Assembly: GCA_036785375.1 (NCBI GenBank)
Contig: JAWMAR010000203.1
Coordinates: 3,410,001-3,474,000 of the forward strand
Source: Leucoraja ocellata
Taxonomy: Eukaryota
DNA length: 64,000 nucleotides
Direction: 5' to 3'
Shown: in pieces, positions 62,407 to 64,000 of the stretch
Layout: each line of letters begins with the position of its first letter
How positions within the stretch are numbered: the stretch's first letter is position 1
The notes under the pieces: model-generated
Told to the model about the DNA's origin: nothing
Seen by the model: only the letters and a program-made list of their open reading frames with translations
Database searches by the model: none
Program-made: the position numbers and the translations under genes

Positions 62407-64000
62407 GCGCCTGTTTATTGCAAGAAGGGACAGCAAAGACAGGAATTGAGATGGACCGAGCAACCCCAAGAAACAGAATATGCCGTCTTAAAGGTCAAAG
62501 ATTAAAAATCGCTCTTTTTTGCATCTTTCTTCTTTTTCTTCATTCTTTTCGTTTTTCTCTTTTCCTCGATTTATGTGTCAATTTATTCTTTTCGATTTAT
62601 GTATCAATTTATAAGATGTTAAAAATGAAGCTGTACAGAAATTGTATAACTCTCATGCCAATTGCTTTATTCTTGTACAATTGCTTCTAATAAGATAAAC
62701 ATATTAAAAAAAAGATAAAAATAATTTATGAAGAACCGGTAACTTACTCCACAGTAATACATTGTACCTCTTCAACGAGACCACAAACTGATACTTATCA
62801 TACAACCACACACTCATCTCTCAAACAACATATGCAGAATATAAAAAAACAGAATCTAGAGGATGTGGCATGGCTTCCGAAACTTAATTCTCTATTCAAT
62901 TACTTTCCTTGAGCTCAAAACCAATTGATCTTTGTGACTCGCCATTGATCGCCTTCTGAGAGTTCCAAATGTACTTAGAATAAAGGGGAGGCATTTAAGA
63001 CTGAGGTGAGAATAAACGTTTTCACCCAGAGAGTTGTGAATTTGTGGAATTCCCTGCCACAGAGGGCAGTGGAGGCCAAGTCACTGGATGGATTTAAGAG
63101 AGAGTTAGATAGAGCTCTAGGGGCTAGTGGAAACAAGGGATATGGGGAGAAGGCAGGTACGGGTTATTGATTGAGGATGATCAGCCATGATCACAATAGT
63201 TGGCGGTGGTGGCTCGAAGGGCCGAATAGCACCTATTTTGAAAAACTTTGTTTTGCATGCTATCCAATCAAATCAGATACTACTATACATAAACACAATT
63301 AACCCAAACTCAAGTACAATAGGTGGAGCAAAGTGGAAGATACAAAGTGCAGAATTTAATTCTCAGCACTGTAGCACACTAGTTCCACAGACAAAGTCCA
63401 ATGTCCGCAATGGGGTAGAGGTGATTCGGAAGCCTGAAAACAGAGGGGAAGAAGCTGTTGCTGAATCTGTTGGTGCGCACTTTCAAGCTTCTGTATCTTC
63501 TGCCTGATGAGAGCAGGAGAAAAATGAATGATCAGGTTGGGACAAGTCTTTGATTATGTTGGCTGCCAATCAGATGAGCCCCACACCTCTACTTTCAGAA
63601 GAAGGGTTCCGACCCAAAACGTCACCTATTTTTTCTCTAGAGATGCTGCCTGACCTGCTGAGTTACTCCAGCACTTTGTCTCTATCTAGAGCTGGGTCAC
63701 ACTGAAGATCATCAGTGCCCTAAAACATGACCCGTCCATGTCCTCCAGAGATGCCACTTGACTCTTCCTCAGTCTGAAGGAGTGTTCTGTCCTGGCAGAT
63801 GTTTTCACGAGGTTTAGATTTAGCTCCAAGGGCTAACGGAATCAAAGGATATTGATAGAGAGCAGGAACGCGGTACTGATTTTGGACGATCAGCCATGAT
63901 AATATTGAATGGCGGTGCTGACTCGAAGGACCAAATGACCTATTCCTGCACCTATTTTCCATGTCTCTATGACCTGAAACATTCCCTGTCCTCATACTCC

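Overview
Repeat-dense vertebrate DNA, most likely from a cartilaginous fish such as a skate or ray. The inference rests on HE1/V-SINE-like SINEs, CR1/HER1-type LINEs and many Penelope terminal repeats. There is one 200-N gap (34838-35037). Two + strand immunoglobulin-superfamily genes can be assembled by hand from splice sites and phases. Gene A (7852-8190, 11757-12020, probable last exon 21400-21449; no leader exon found in the window) encodes a B7/butyrophilin-family IgV+IgC protein most reminiscent of B7-H4/VTCN1. Its V domain lacks the canonical F-strand Cys and no transmembrane exon was found, so it may be secreted. Gene B (40862-40910, 41698-42027, 44800-45099, 54231-54332, 54955-55022, 62371-62406; 294 aa) encodes a non-rearranging antigen-receptor-like protein. 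It has a leader, a germline-joined VJ domain (NKp30-like, TGNGT), a C1-set domain, a TM segment with Arg and a tail ending in an ITIM (INYENL). A stop-containing mini-exon and an extra 241-nt exon may give soluble or extended isoforms. The rest is nested mobile DNA, many elements with resolvable TSDs or TIRs: L2, solo LTRs, Tigger-, P/hAT-, Sola-, Harbinger- and Helitron-like elements, Tc1, Rex1, CR1, L1-like, and Penelope elements whose short repeats carry a hammerhead-ribozyme-like core. Family assignments come from recalled motifs, not database searches.
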